A DNA stretch of 64,000 nt from assembly GCF_009914755.1 (NCBI RefSeq), contig NC_060930.1; one strand, given 5' to 3'. The DNA is from the human T2T-CHM13v2.0 reference genome, Homo sapiens. Both the position numbers and the translations under genes were made by a program. Of the stretch, positions 1-16,871 are shown piece after piece; position 1 is the stretch's first letter; every line of letters begins with the position of its first letter. Below the pieces are notes generated by a model that had not been told where the DNA came from, searched no databases, and saw only the letters and a list, made by a program, of their open reading frames with translations.

Positions 1-1290
1 CTCTTTTAAAATGAAAGCTAAATGGACACCTACCTACTGAGAGCTCTAGATGCTATTAAACGAAGAGGCAAATAGGCAGAGTGGAAGGGCTGATGGTTGT
101 TAAGAAACTGTTTGGAGTCACTGACTCTGGCTACCATGGGCATGTATGGTTATTGCTATATAAGAAGGACAGAGAAAAGTATGGATGGATCCTAAGCGAT
201 ACAGCTACCTGCCTGGTTGCAAAAAATTAATGAAGACCACTGCATCACTATATTGGAAGGACTTCCAAAGACAAACCCTGACCAGCCCAGACGCTGTCTG
301 AAAACAAAGGCAAGATGCAGTAGGTAGTGGAAGAGGGAAGTTGTAAATACTGCACACATCATAAAATATCTTGTGAAGAGTTACAGATATGACTACTGTA
401 GGCTTTATTTGTGTTCACTTCCTTGTTTTGCTATATATTCCAACTAATACTCCTTTTAAAAGTTTTTTGTTGTTTTCCAACCACACTATTGTGTATGGAC
501 TATGTCGTTAGTGGTTGACTTTCCAATTTTGTTCATACTTACATTACATGAAGATAGATTTATATGGTCACTAGAGGAGAAATGAGTATCACCCAGAGAT
601 CTTAGATTTGGAGCTGAATGTAGAAACTATTGAGATGCTGGGTCATTTCCCTTTGAGGGGGTGGGTAAATTTCCCACTAGGTAATGAGTCATGTTAAACA
701 GGAATATTTATTTTAACATGCAAGTTTTTACCATAAAGGACAAGTGGCAAATATAGAAATTAGGAAACCAAAGTAGTAAAACAACAGTGAATGCTTGCCA
801 TTGTGTTGACCGCTTAGCATCCAAGTCTTCTTTCTATTTCAAACCTTGAATAAGGATAAGTCTTGGTGATGGGCAGGGTTCTGTCTACCCCTGTGAAAGG
901 TAAAGAGGAGCATGCATTCCATTCCCTATTTGACAGCTAGGAGTAGCACATGGCCTAGCCTTGTCCAACCACACTCCCAGCTGGAACTTTGAATCTGGGC
1001 AGTTATGCAATGATGCAGGGAGCAGAGGTTATTTCCTGGGGCAGTGATGACTGTCCAGTGGGTGGAGAGTTTCCAGCAGCCCCAGAATTATGGGAAGAGG
1101 TTTCAGCAGCAAATGTTAATCAGAGTTATTTCTGAGCCAGGACTCTTCTGCTTAGATTTATATGATTCCTTACCATTTCCCAAACCTGATTTTCCATATT
1201 TCTTAGATTCAGTAGGCTAGCTATGAATCCTCTTTCTGTTTAAATATGCCCAAATCAGTTTCTCTTGTTTGCAATAAGATTTCTAAACAG
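1..1290 (+). mobile_element. Degraded ERVL-class internal sequence followed by an LTR33/LTR16-like LTR (~790-1290)
   Basis: Resembles recalled ERVL internal 3' sequence and LTR33-type termini; highly diverged. Confidence 0.4.
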
Positions 1291-1550
1291 TAGATCTTGC
1301 GTACACACACAAAGTACACATCACAGGCCTTTGTAGATGCATATTAAGTGTTAATTCCTTTTCTTTCTTCTTTCCTTTCCCAGTTGCATGATAGGCCTAT
1401 TTGTTCTCACTAACATAAGCATAAAGGTGCTTAGCATGTGACCTTGTACAAAGAAAGTAGTCAATATTGCCTCTTGTCCAAACTACACACTTAGTAAAGC
1501 AGAATTCATCGTTAATTCCCCGAAGAGTCTCGACACGAAAATACAAAAAG

Positions 1551-1695
1551 GGCCAGGCACAGTGGCTCATACCTGTAATCCCAAAACTTTTGGAAGCCAA
1601 GGAGGGAGCATTGCTTGAGCCCAAGAGTTGGAGACCAGCTTGGCAACATAGTGAGACTCTGTCTCTATTTAGATAAATACATTAATTAATTAAAA
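1551..1695 (+). mobile_element. Free left Alu monomer (FLAM-like)
   Basis: ggccaggcacagtggctcatacctgtaatccc...gagactctgtctcta followed by an A-rich tail; single arm only. Confidence 0.85.
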
Positions 1696-1709
1696 AATAT
1701 AAAAGGGCC

Positions 1710-2310
1710 CTGGAAACCCATAAATAAAATCAAACATACATGGACAACAAATTTTTGAAAAGGGCATCAAGAAGACACAATGGGGAAAGAACAGTCTCTT
1801 CAATAAATGGTGCTGGAAAAACTAGATTACCATATGCAAAAGAATGAAATTGGACTCTTGTCTTACACCACACACAAAAGTTAACTCGAAACAGATAAAG
1901 ACCTAAATGGAAGACCTGAAACCATAAAGCTTCTAGACAAGAACACAGGGGAAAAGCTTCTTGACATTGGCCTTGGCAATGATATTTTGGGTATCACACC
2001 AAAAGTTCAGGTTACAAAAACAAAAATAAATAAATGGGGCTCCATCAAATGAAAACCTCTGTCCAGCAAAGGATACAATCGACAGGATGAAAGAGTAACC
2101 TACAGACTGGGAAAAAATAATTGCAAACCCCATGTCTGATGAGGGCTTAATATCCAAAATTTGTAAAGAATTCTTACAACTCAATAGCAGAAAAACAAAG
2201 GATCTGATTTATAAAAGATAGGCAATGGACCTGAGCAGATATTTCTCCACAGAAGAGTTAAAATAGCCAACAGGTGTATGAAAAGGTGTGCAACATCACT
2301 AATCATAAGG
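1710..2310 (+). mobile_element. L1M ORF2 3' fragment
   Basis: acagtctcttcaataaatggtgctggaaaaactag and ggcttaatatccaaaat are typical late-ORF2 L1 sequence. Confidence 0.85.
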
Positions 2311-2598
2311 AATGACTTTATACACTCACTAAAGTGATACCTTCCAAAACAGAAGCTATCTATCCTACATACAAATGTCTTCTTCCACAATTCACACAAT
2401 AAAACCTATTAGAAGTAAATTTCTGGCAGTTTAAGGATAGCCACTCTATCTCTCTGTCTAATTCCGAAGCCTTCAGATTAAGCTCAAAGCATCCAGCTAC
2501 CTAATGAAGAAGAGTTTAAATTATTAAAAAGGACAAGTATATATCTTTTGAGTAAATTTTAATATTGTTGCACTGTAGACAAACATGTCATTCTGTTT

Positions 2599-2902
2599 TG
2601 TTTTGGTTTGGTTTTTTTTGAGACAAGAGTCTCACTCTGTCGCCCAGGCTGGAGTGCAGTGATACGATCCCAGCACACTGCAACCTCCGCCTCCCGGATT
2701 CAAGTGATTCTCCTGCCTCAGCCTTCTGAGTACCTGGGATTACAGGCACTGGCCACCATGCCCAGCTAATTTTTGTATTTTTAGTAGAGACAGGGTTTCA
2801 CCATGTTGGCCAGGTGGATCTCGAACTCCTGACCTCAGGTGATCCACCCGCCTCAGTCTCCCAAAATGCTGGGATTACAGGCGTGAGCCACCGTGCCCAG
2901 CC
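2599..2902 (-). mobile_element. AluS (Sx-like)
   Basis: Full dimer; TSD cattctgttt at 2589-2598 and 2903-2912. Confidence 0.95.
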
Positions 2903-3670
2903 CATTCTGTTTCAATACCACACAATTGCTATTGTGTTTATGTATAAGTACTAAGATATAATAATTGATGAAATAATAACTTAAATGTCAGTCATTTCAT
3001 CTGGAGCTGAGGCAAACACACAAGCTTTCCAGCCTGCAGTTTGGAGCTGGTTTGGCCAGCCTATACCCTCTCTGCCTATGCTGCACTTTGTGTCACTGCA
3101 AATGCTGGTTGAAAATGTGGCCCTAATGCTTTTTGACATCTTGATCAGTGGAAGCTGGAGAAACTTTTCAAAAAGTGGCAAGCAAGTCTGCTTGCTAAAA
3201 GAGATTTCAGCTTATCTCTGAGCCATATCTTTCTTTTCTTTTGCATAAAACCTCTTGAATGGATAACTTAGTTATACAAATGTAAATCAAGAATCTGTGG
3301 GCAGATCTGAACGCAGGACAGGTGCTGCAGAGTGTTCTATTTGGTGATGAAACTGTAACTTGTCCATAAGCCCAAGCCATGATTCTGAGACTTTACTTTG
3401 TGATATTTTTTGGGGGGTGGGGGGGTGTGCGTGATTATGAATTTAGAGTCTGCTGTTGGAAAAGGCCTCTAGCTGACCTTGTGATGCTGCATATGTTCTG
3501 CCTTAAGCAGTTTATTGTTGTTAGTTTCATTTTTACCTGAGATGTACTAAACTGGAGAAACTGGAAGGAAGGACATCCAGAAGAAATCTTTACCTCTTAT
3601 GGAGGAAAAACAATCAAGAGAACAGGACCACGTCGTCTGCAGCTCCACCTGAACTGGACTGTTTGTGGCC

Positions 3671-3995
3671 TGTCTTAGTCAGTTCCGGCACAACAGCAAA
3701 GTACCGTAGGCTGGATGGCTTAAACAACAAACATTTATTACTCTCAGTTCTGGAAATCCGAGAGCAGGGGGGCTAGGATGGCCAGGTTCTTGTTGAAAGC
3801 TCTCTTCCTGGTTTGCAAATGGTGTATTACATGATAGAGAGACTGAACTCTAGTCTCTCTCCTTATAAAGGCACTAGTCTCATACCCTCATGACCTAATC
3901 ACTTCCCAAAGGCCCCACCTCCTAATACCATGTCACTGGGGCTTAGGATTTCAACATACGAATGTTGGAGGTACACAAACATTCAGTCCATAATA
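3671..3995 (-). mobile_element. MaLR solo LTR (MLT1A/MST-like)
   Basis: cctcatgacctaatcacttcccaaaggccccacctcctaatacc...aacattcagtccata matches a MaLR LTR in reverse orientation. Confidence 0.8.
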
Positions 3996-4552
3996 TGTCC
4001 TATATCCTATATGAGTTAAGAGTGAATAATCCAAGATGATGAACACTACACTATTATGTTTTGGTGTCATAGTTTTGATGCCATCATGATGCAAGATGAC
4101 ACTCCAATGGGTAGGGGTAGGCTTTCCTGTGAAGGAGACACCTCTTCTCCTTGAATAAGAAGAGCCAATCTTAGGACATTAGACTTGAGGAAAGGTAAAA
4201 AAAATCAATCTCTTTTTTAATCTTAAGCTGTCTTAGGTGATCTGGACTGTTAGGCACAGTTATAGTCAAAAAAATAATTTCTGTTAGTTGGAATAACATG
4301 ACCCTTACTCTGTTGAAGCTGGCTGGGGGCAACCCTATGAGGATTCTGAAGTTAAGTGGAGATTAAACTGTGAGGGTTGCCACCTCTCGTAGTGTTTGCA
4401 AGATGCCTTTCCATTTGGGTACCTTGCCTCAAAAATGACAGTATAATTTTATTAAGTGCTACAGTTTGAACTTAGCTGCATGATATAGACTGAGGGGAAG
4501 AGGCTGACCCCTAGGCCTGAGTGGAGTTAGCAATGGCCATCATCCTTAGAGT

Positions 4553-5373
<821 letters not shown>

Positions 5374-5690
5374 GAGTTTAGCTCCTCTTGCATGACAGCA
5401 ATTTCAGAATGTGTATCAGGTGAGGAGACAAGAAAAGAGTACCCTGACCAGGAGTTTGGGGCAAAGAACCAGGTGCAGGAGGTATTGTTGAACATCTGTG
5501 AGAAAGAGCTCTGTGTGCTTTCAGAAACAACTGAGGGCAGCTTGCTATTAGAAAGTTTATGCTGGGAAGGTAAATTTTAATTATCAATTGAGCTGCTATA
5601 TTTTTTTTTAAGTCACCCTGTGGCAGGCAGCCCCAGTATTCATTTATAAGATTTTATTTTTTTCACAAAATAGGATCTCAAACTTTGTGA

Positions 5691-6591
5691 TGTAAACCAA
5701 AAATAAAATTCTAAGCCCCCCAACCGACTGAATGAACCATCCTCCCAGCCAAGGGCATTCCAAAGAAAACCTGAAAAACTAAAACTAGCTCAGGCCATGA
5801 TGGAAAGAGGGAGTCCAGGCCTGCCTCTTTCTGCTCTCCTCCCTTTGGAATTCAGGCACAGCCGACCAGCATTAACATGAAAACAGAGATCTTAAGACTG
5901 ACAAAGAAGACTCCTTGTAGCAATAAGATACCAAATTCCAACCTGACCCGAGTATAGCATCATGTGACAGATGGCAGGCCCTGAAAGAAATCAAAGCATT
6001 TTACCCCAAAATAGATTGCTTAGACATATTTTGAAAGAGCCCTGCAAAGCTATCTCTTGTGGGGAAAATCTACATTCTGTAGAGAGTCTCCTTCCTTTTC
6101 CAGGTCTTTTCCTGATACAGAAGAGATTTAACTAAGACTCTGGGACCTTTTAGAGTCTGATAAGAGACATTTACCATATATTCCTCTGAAGCCTATGACC
6201 TGGAAGTTTCATCTATGTAACAAGAACCTTGGCTTCCACAACGCCCTGCTTGTCTTAACTACAAACATTTCTTTCTGCTGACTTACACTCTTCAAGCAAA
6301 GCTTAACCCTTTCAACCAACTGCCAATTAAGAAATCTTTGAATGCATGTATGACCTATAAGCTCCTGCTTCAAGTTATCCTGCCTTTCCAGACGAAGCCA
6401 ATGTCTACCTTACATGCACTGATGGCTATCTTCTATCTCCCTACATCGCATAAAACCAAGCTGTAATCCAACCACCTTGACCACACGTTCTCAGGACCTC
6501 TTGAGACTGTGCCTTGGGCCTTGGTCACTTAGATTTGGCTTGGAATAAATCCCTTGAAATATTTCACAGAGTTGCCTCTTTTCCATTGACA
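5691..6591 (+). mobile_element. MER4-family ERV1 solo LTR
   Basis: Starts tgtaaaccaaaaataaaattctaagcccccc and ends ...ttgaca; 4-bp TSD gtga at 5687-5690 and 6592-6595. Confidence 0.85.
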
Positions 6592-6627
6592 GTGATTACT
6601 TGTATCTGGAACAATACTAAGTAGTTC

Positions 6628-7338
6628 TGAAACCGCCTTTGCAAAATTATAACTGAGGAAATTATGACAGTGAAAGAAATCAGACCTAACCAACTCCATC
6701 TTGCTTCTAATCCTCAAGTTGTCCTTGTTCATTCCTGGGCGTAGGGCGAACTAACTTTGGGAAGGAATTCAGTTCGTGGTTTGACTCTGAAACGAAATTG
6801 CTAACAGCCCTTTCCCGAAAAGACCCCCTTCTTGCCTGGGGTCCAGTCTGTCTTTGCAGAACAAACAAATTAGCTACAAGATTAGAAATTACAACGTAGG
6901 GGTCATGCAGCCCTTGGTTCCAAAAGTCTGAACCCCCCAAATTGTTCCTGGGGACCTAAGATCAGTGCCTGAGATATTTTGCAGGCCCTGAACTCCATGG
7001 ATCAGCCGGCACCACCTGGACTGGTGATCTGGCTCAACTAGTTCTGCCATCCCACCCAGGAACAGAAGACAGCGAGAAAACCTCATTTTGACCCCCTATG
7101 ATTCCATCTCCAACCTGACCAATCCATACTCCCCACTTCCTAAGCCCCTACCCACCAAATTATCTTTAAAAACTCTGATCCCTAATTGCTCAGGGAGACT
7201 GATTTGAGTAATAATAAAACTCCAGTCTCCCCCACAGCTGGCTCTGCGTGAATTACTCTTTGGCCATTGCAATTGCCCTGTCTTGATAAATCGGCTCTGT
7301 CTAGGCAGCAGGCAAGGTGAACCCATTGGGCAGTTACA
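6628..7338 (+). mobile_element. LTR8 (ERV1) solo LTR
   Basis: Starts tgaaaccgcctttgcaaaattataactgag and ends gaacccattgggcagttaca, as in the recalled LTR8 consensus. Confidence 0.88.
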
Positions 7339-8080
7339 TTGTTTTTTCCTCCATTTGTTCCTGACATAAAAGAGAGTAAGTTATGAGTAAAATTCATGTA
7401 TCTCTGCATTCTTTGAATGAAATCTGCAAACATGTAATTATTTGTTAGACCTCTGGCTGCGAATAGTACTCATATGAATGTTGTAATAAAGAAACAATTA
7501 TTTGAATACAAAGTTCACACAAATAGAATATTTATAATATCCCAGGCAAGTTTGAGTTTCAGATTCCCTTTAAGTAGAATATATTATAAAAATTGTGAGA
7601 GGCAAGGATGAATATTCAGACAAGGGAGTTTAAAATTCTTCATGAGAATAAAGCAAATGATAGAAGAAAAATAATTTATGCTGAGATGAATAAAATGTAT
7701 GTGGGCCAGCTTTTTAAAAAATCACAATTACTTTCTTATAAATTTAGAAATAAAGCCATTTAATCAACAGACTTAAAATGGATGTTATTTTAGACACAGA
7801 GAACTTATAAAGAGAATTTGGATTATGAAGTTACAAGCCAAAAAGATACAGAATTTAAAATGATACAGATTTCAATAAATAAGAAATGTGAAAACTAAAT
7901 TATATAATATAGTAATAATAGTAAAACTTCATTAAGTTTAAATGATAAGTAAAAAATGACAGGGAGAAAAAATATTTGGTAAGAATATACAGAGAAGAAT
8001 GTAAAAATCTTGTTAGAAAATTTCCACTTCTATCTGTGAGGCAGTAGGTTATATCGGCCTAAGCCCTCTCTTCTGACAAG

Positions 8081-8568
8081 GGACAAAGATTCTTTGCTTG
8101 GCTAAGCTTTAGTCAGGGTCCTGAACCTTCTCTTAGGCCTACCTGTGCACTTCCTTATAAAATCCAGTTTTAGAAAAGAACACTATTAAGTCATTTTACC
8201 AAGAACCCCCACCTTTAATATCTGATCACCTTTGATATATGATCAGGTTTCTTATCCCTCCCCTCCCACCACAGGTGATGTTTGATCACCCTGGCCTGTC
8301 TTCAGCAAGAATCCTGTTAGGTTGGTTTAGTCAGAATTCCCTTACCCCTGATGTTTTCTGCTAGTAATTTTTTTTTTCTTATCACAGACCCTCTACCCTA
8401 TTTCTTAGCTATAAATTCCCACTTGCCCAGGCTGTATTTGGAATTGAGCCCAATCTTTCATACTACAAGACCCTGTTGCAGTGGTCCCTAAACATATGTT
8501 GCTGATCTTGAATAAAGTCTTCCTTACTGTGCTTTAACAAGTATCATTGAACAATCTTTTCTTTAACA
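8081..8568 (+). mobile_element. ERV1 solo LTR (MER31-like)
   Basis: Starts gacaaagattctttgcttgg, has AATAAA, ends ctttaaca; 4-bp TSD caag at 8077-8080 and 8569-8572. Confidence 0.75.
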
Positions 8569-9300
8569 CAAGAATAACAAAAAAGCCTGTAAAAAGTATT
8601 TTTTAAAAAACAGCTTTTGGAGACATCTGAGAACAACTAAGACTGTTGCAATTAATGGTACAAATTCTGGAGTCAGGGGAAATGCATTGAGGTAAACCTC
8701 ACATTCTTTGTGGGTTGTCCTTTCAAGCCATTTTTCAATATGTAAGTGGCCCAGGTGAGAGGAAAAGCAGAAGGAAAGGCCTAGAACAGTTAAGGCTCAC
8801 AAGGCTGGGGAGGCAAAGGTTGGAGTTCAATACTAGTCATGTACTTGAGGATCCAAGACTGGAGAAAAGGGAATTGCAGAAAAGTGGGTTGGATATTCTG
8901 CAACTCTTTTTTTCCCTCGGGGAATCTGATTATTCCTGAGGTTCCAGTGTGAGAATATAAGCGATAAAGCAGAAAGTGGAAGCTAAGAGGCTGAGAAATC
9001 AAGCAGAACTTGAGATAGTTTCACAGTGTTTGAGAGAGACAAAAATTGAGTTCAGACATTTCCAAGGACCTCTTATATTTTAGTTAGTTCAGTCACTGAT
9101 TGGATCAAGATGTGTAGCTTCTCTGTCTTTTAGAAAAAAAAAGTCATCTCTAAAAGAAGATATTATCCAGTGATCTTGTAACTCATCATACACAATGATT
9201 GGCATTAAGTAAAAAATTACCAGACATCCCAAGAGACAGGAAAAAAAATGGGCAAATACTAAAGCAGAAACAATAGATGGCCTATATATTAGAGTTATAA

Positions 9301-9599
<299 letters not shown>

Positions 9600-9750
9600 A
9601 AGACAGAGGCTTTTTAATGGTAATAATAGAGTTAAGAAAATAGATTTATAAATATAAAATTTTGCCACAGAACTGGAATCTATAAAAATGATCCAATGAA
9701 AGTTATAGTTGAGAAATACAAATAATCAAAATTAAGATCTCATCAGATGA

Positions 9751-9841
9751 CTGAGGCAACAGGATCACTTGAGGCCAGGAATTTGAGACCAGCCTGGGCA
9801 ACATTGTGAGAATTTTTTTAAAAATTTAAAAAACAGAAGAA
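9751..9841 (+). mobile_element. 5'-truncated Alu monomer (FLAM-like)
   Basis: Flanked by a perfect 17-bp TSD aagatctcatcagatga at 9734-9750 and 9842-9858. Confidence 0.85.
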
Positions 9842-9897
9842 AAGATCTCATCAGATGATCTAAACAGCATATTAGACAGTAAAAGAAAGGATTATGG

Positions 9898-10222
<325 letters not shown>

Positions 10223-10808
10223 CTAAATAAGAAATATGAAATTAAAAAGATGAAAAATATAAGAGAAGAAGAGATATATGAAAAGTGGTGATAATTCTTA
10301 CGTATGTGTAATTAGATCCCCAAAAGGAAACGAGAAAGAGAATGAGAGATAAACAATAATTGAAGGGATACTGGCTGAGAAGCTTCCAAAACTGACACAA
10401 GATATCAAGTCAAACATTCAAGAATCTCTATAAAACCCAAGCACATCAAGGTACCAAGGTGTGTACCTTGGTAAAACTGCTTAAAACCAAAGACAAAGAG
10501 AAAATGTTAAAAGCATCCAGAGGACAAAACACATTATTTCCAAGCAGAAACAAACTGATGAAAGCTAGATGACAATGGAAGACAATGGACTGATATTTTT
10601 AGCATACTAACCAACTTAGAATTCTATAAGCAGTGCAAACATCTGAAGGTAAAGACATTTTTTCCAGACAAAATATGAGTGTATTTGTTGCCAATAAATC
10701 CACATTAAAATTGATTGATGTAGCAATCTCTATAAATATTAGTTGATATAAATGAATAAACTAAAATGATGAATTCACAAATGGTAGTTAGCCTTTTTTT
10801 GAGTTTAA

Positions 10809-11690
<882 letters not shown>

Positions 11691-12529
11691 TAAAAGGAGC
11701 AACATGAGAACAAGTAAATCCTTTTAAATGAGTATTTCACATGAATTAATAAATGACTATTTATAGTATTTAACAATTACAACAGGAAATGAGACATTTA
11801 GAAAGGATTAGCAATACACAGCATAGTGAAGTGGATAAAAAGTAAAAAAAAAGTTATTAAAAATACATTTCTACTACTTTATAAATATTTAGCTTATGGC
11901 CATATATATATAAATAACTGAAATATCTCTTAATTTGTAGTGGTTATTGAATATGTATTTTATATCTTGTTTTAAATTATAATTTGTTAAAGTTATTAAA
12001 ATCCAATGTGGTATTAAATTATTAACTCTTTAAAATAAATATTAGTGCCTGGTTTCTAACTTCTCTTTCCCTTAAATAAAAGTTACTTAAGTAACTTCTA
12101 AGTGGTGACTAAGCCTATATGTTTTCTAAAATTTTGTATGACACATAGGTCCTAATTCATCAATTTGGGAGTAGACAATTACATTATATTCTTACTCATA
12201 TTATCGATTTTGAGCACTAATCTATTCTTCCTTTAGGTTTCTGTTTCCAAATAATTTCTGGAAACTACAAGGAATATTTACAAAATCAGTGAGACAATTG
12301 CCTTCCTTGCTAGCTCGTTATGAGTTGATATTTTCAGTCCTAGAGGAACACAACTGTTGCCAGTGAACTCAAGTTTCCTTCACTAAAATATTACCATCAC
12401 CAAAAATCCAAATTCATGGGACTGGGTTGGAGACGAGACACTGGAAATCAAATGGGTTCCTTTTTATTTCGATTATCATTTACTTAATTTGTAAAACTCC
12501 ACTTTTGGGGAATTTTCTGTAGGCAGAAA

Positions 12530-12710
12530 ATTTTCTAAGCATATAATCTCATTTTTTTTTTTACCAACCTAGAGGTGAGCAGTGTGATTGTTCCCATTTT
12601 CAAAAGACAAATCTGTGGCAGAGACAAGTTATCAACTTGCTCAAGACTTTCTAGCTCTGCACTGGTACAGACATGATTCTCACTCAACAAGGTGACTTCA
12701 GAGTCTATAT
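12530..12710 (-). mobile_element. MIR relic
   Basis: cccattttcaaaagac...aacttgctcaagac resembles the MIR core. Confidence 0.55.
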
Positions 12711-13075
12711 CTCTCCCATGCTACATAGGCACAAGTCATTGGGTAACACTTCTAAGAAAGCTCTTCTGCCCTTTCCCACTTTCTCCTTCTTCTTACCTGA
12801 AGCAGATGTATTTGTTAGAGCTACAGTGGCCATATTCCACTCTAAGGCAACTGTGAAGATGAAAGCCATGGGCTTGGGACAGCACAGCAGAGAAGTAAAA
12901 GGAACCTAGATCCCTGTTAATGTCATGCACCTGCTTGCTAGGCCTGAAATACTCACCTCCAGACATCCATGTTCTTTCAGACACTATTATTTGGGTTTTC
13001 TACCTTATCCAATGGATTGAATCCTGATACTAGCCTGTCAGTGTAGAAGTGCCCCGGGGTTCCGTCACTGGACCT

Positions 13076-13442
13076 TGCTATTGTCTGAATGTTGGTGTCC
13101 CCTACAAAATTCAGGTGTTGTAATTCTAACCCCCAAGATGATGGCATTAGGAGATGGGGCCTTTTGGAGGTGAATGGGTCATGAAGGTAGAGCCTTCATG
13201 AATGGGATTCGTGCCCTTACAAAAGAGGCTCCAGAGAGTTGCCTTGTGCCTTCTACCATATGAAGATAAAGTGAGAAGTCACCATCTGTGAATCAGAAAA
13301 TGGGCTCTGACCAGATACTGAATCTGCTGATGTCTTGATCTTGGGTCTCCCGGCCTCCAGAACTATAAGAAGTACATTTCAGTTGTTTATAAAATACCCA
13401 GTCTATGGTACTTTGTTATAGCAGCCCACATGGGCTATGACT
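13076..13442 (+). mobile_element. MLT1A-type MaLR solo LTR
   Basis: tgctattgtctgaatgttggtgtcccc...gcctccagaactataaga...tttgttatagcagcc. Confidence 0.85.
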
Positions 13443-13470
13443 GAGCTCTCCTTTTTTTTTTTTTTTTTAA

Positions 13471-13841
<371 letters not shown>

Positions 13842-13875
13842 TCTCAGACTACTCTCTTGAACTACAGATTCATTA

Positions 13876-14045
13876 ATTTTTTTTTTTTTAAGATAGGCAG
13901 AGTTTTACTATGTTGCCCAGGCTGGAGTGCAGTAGCTATTCACAGGCACCATCATAGCACATTAAAGCCTTGCACTCCTGGCCTCCAGCAATCGTCCCAC
14001 TTCATCCTTCTGAGCTGCGACTACAGGTGCACCACCATGCCTGAC
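13876..14045 (-). mobile_element. FAM (fossil Alu monomer)
   Basis: Retains the 7SL-derived segment gcagtagctattcacaggcaccatcatagcac that dimeric Alu arms lack. Confidence 0.75.
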
Positions 14046-14084
14046 TTCACAGCCTATTGACATCTCTGCTTCGGCATTATCACT

Positions 14085-14410
14085 GCTGGGTTGCACTGCT
14101 ATAACAGAATACCACAGAGTGGGTAATTTATAAAGAACAGGCATTTATTTCACACCGTCCTGGAGGCTGAGAAGATCAAGATCAACACCCTGGCATCTGA
14201 TGAGGGCTTTCTTGTTGCATCCTCACATGGCAGAAGGTAGAAGGGCAAGGGTTGGGGGGACAAGTGTTGTGTCCTCACACTGGCAGAAGAGCAGAAGAGA
14301 GTGAACCCACTCCTGCCAGCCCTTTCCATAGTGACATTAATCCATTATTAATCCATTCATAAAAGCAGAGCCTTCATGAACTAAACACCTCCCATTAGGC
14401 CCCACCTCCC
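14085..14410 (-). mobile_element. MST-type MaLR LTR
   Basis: ctgctataacagaataccacagagtgggtaatttataaagaac...cccattaggccccacctcc. Confidence 0.8.
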
Positions 14411-14419
14411 TTCTAAAGA

Positions 14420-14850
14420 AATTCCTCCTCCAGTCTTCCCCATTATAGAAAATGGCAACTCCATCCTTTAGTTACTCAGATCAAAAATTTGGACTCATGC
14501 CTGACTCCTCTCTTCCTTTTCCATCCCACATCTGATCCAACACAAAAGTCCCATTAGTTCTATCCTCAATACGGTGCAGAGTTCAACCACCTCTCATCCA
14601 AATTATCTTAGTAACAACTGCCTTCCCGGCCACTCCCCTAAAATATCGATGCCTCCCCAGCCCAGCTTTATATCCCCCTTGTTCCTTCTTTTTCTGTAGA
14701 AAAAACACACTGCACATTTTCTGTACATTTTACTTATTTGCTGTGTTTATTCTTTGTCTCCTCCTCTTGCCTGTATGTTGCATGGGGGCAGGCATTTTCG
14801 CTGGGTTTTCCCTGCTGTTGAATCCCCCATAAACAGATGCTAATTGAATA
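14420..14850 (+). mobile_element. L2 3' fragments
   Basis: aatggcaactccatcctttagttactcag...ggactcatgcctgactcctctct is L2-like. Confidence 0.6.
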
Positions 14851-15058
14851 GTGGCTTCCCCAGGACAGAGGCCCATGGGGCTATCAATTTTCTAAATGTC
14901 CATTTCCCTAAATCCCTTTATCTCTTTTGGATCTGTCCTCATTTTAAAATAAGAAACTAGCATTTCTGTGAACTGACTAGGAATAATTTCAATTGTCATT
15001 TCAGTAAGAAGTTTCATTTTGGACCAGTGACTATGATTATCCTTCCTTAAATACATAG

Positions 15059-15492
<434 letters not shown>

Positions 15493-15559
15493 TTGTTTAG
15501 TTTTTTTATTTACTTATATAATAATAAAGAAACATGTGGACCTGGGCTGGGGACAAGCA

Positions 15560-15960
15560 GGAAAGTCACCAAGAATCACGAGGCACGTGGTTTCTCTCTG
15601 TACATCTGCTGCATTGTCTTCTCTAGGCTTACTTACCAACTTCCGCTGCTTACTCATAATTTCTGTTTCCTCTTCGTTTTTCCGGGGCCCTAGTTTACCT
15701 CCGGGCTTCCGTTGGCATCAGCTTCCATTCCCCTACATCTGATGGCTCGGCCCCTGTTTCTCAAAATTAGGCAGCTGTGGTTTACAACAGGGGACAGTCA
15801 ACAGATTGCTCCAGTCAGTGCTCATCCCCGTCCTTTCTGCTGTGGTCAGGGTTTGGAAAGGGTCCCATAAAGCAAAACACGCCCCCAGAAGCTTTGCGCA
15901 GGGAAGGTAGATAGGAGTCACGCCCCTCCCCCATTGTCATCGCCATAGAAACAGGTTCCT
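15560..15960. promoter_or_regulatory. Candidate enhancer/promoter-like element
   Basis: Local CpG retention outside any recognisable repeat; E-box CACGTG 15584-15589, ETS ACTTCCG 15639-15645, KLF/SP-like cacgcccc twice and RFX-like cgccatagaaac. Motif evidence only. Confidence 0.4.
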
Positions 15961-16537
15961 GTTTATTCAGATGACTGTCTGTTTAACTGTTTCAACTCCA
16001 CTTTGACTTGGAAAAGTGTTCTGGGATACTGACATTGTTTTATGATTCCCATCTTTGACTACCTTATCCTAGCACCAAATGTTAAACATGCAGCCCATTA
16101 ATGCTTGAGCTTAGCTTTGTTTTCAGAATCTTCTGCCGGAAGCTTCTAGCTTCCTTCCAAGCTCTGGGGACAGAGAGGAGCCTCCTCTTTTGTGGAGTGT
16201 ATTCAATGTGTGTGTATATATATATACATACATATATATTTTTTTCATTTAATTTTTTTTTTTAACTGTGACTAGTTCAGGATGACATTTTACAAAATCC
16301 CCCCGTTTTTTTTTTTTTTTTTTTTTGGTCTGTTATTGTTTCTGGAAAGGAAAGTTTTATTTCCTTGTTTATTCTGTGTCTTCTCCTCTCTCCTGTATGT
16401 TGCATGGGGGCAGGAATTTTTGTTAGTTTTTTCTCCCTGTTCAATCTCCCATAAACAGCTGCTGATTGAACAGTGGCTTTCCCAGGACAAGGGCCCGTGG
16501 GACTACATTCAATGGTTTTAACTTGAATGCAGAATAA

Positions 16538-16871
<334 letters not shown>

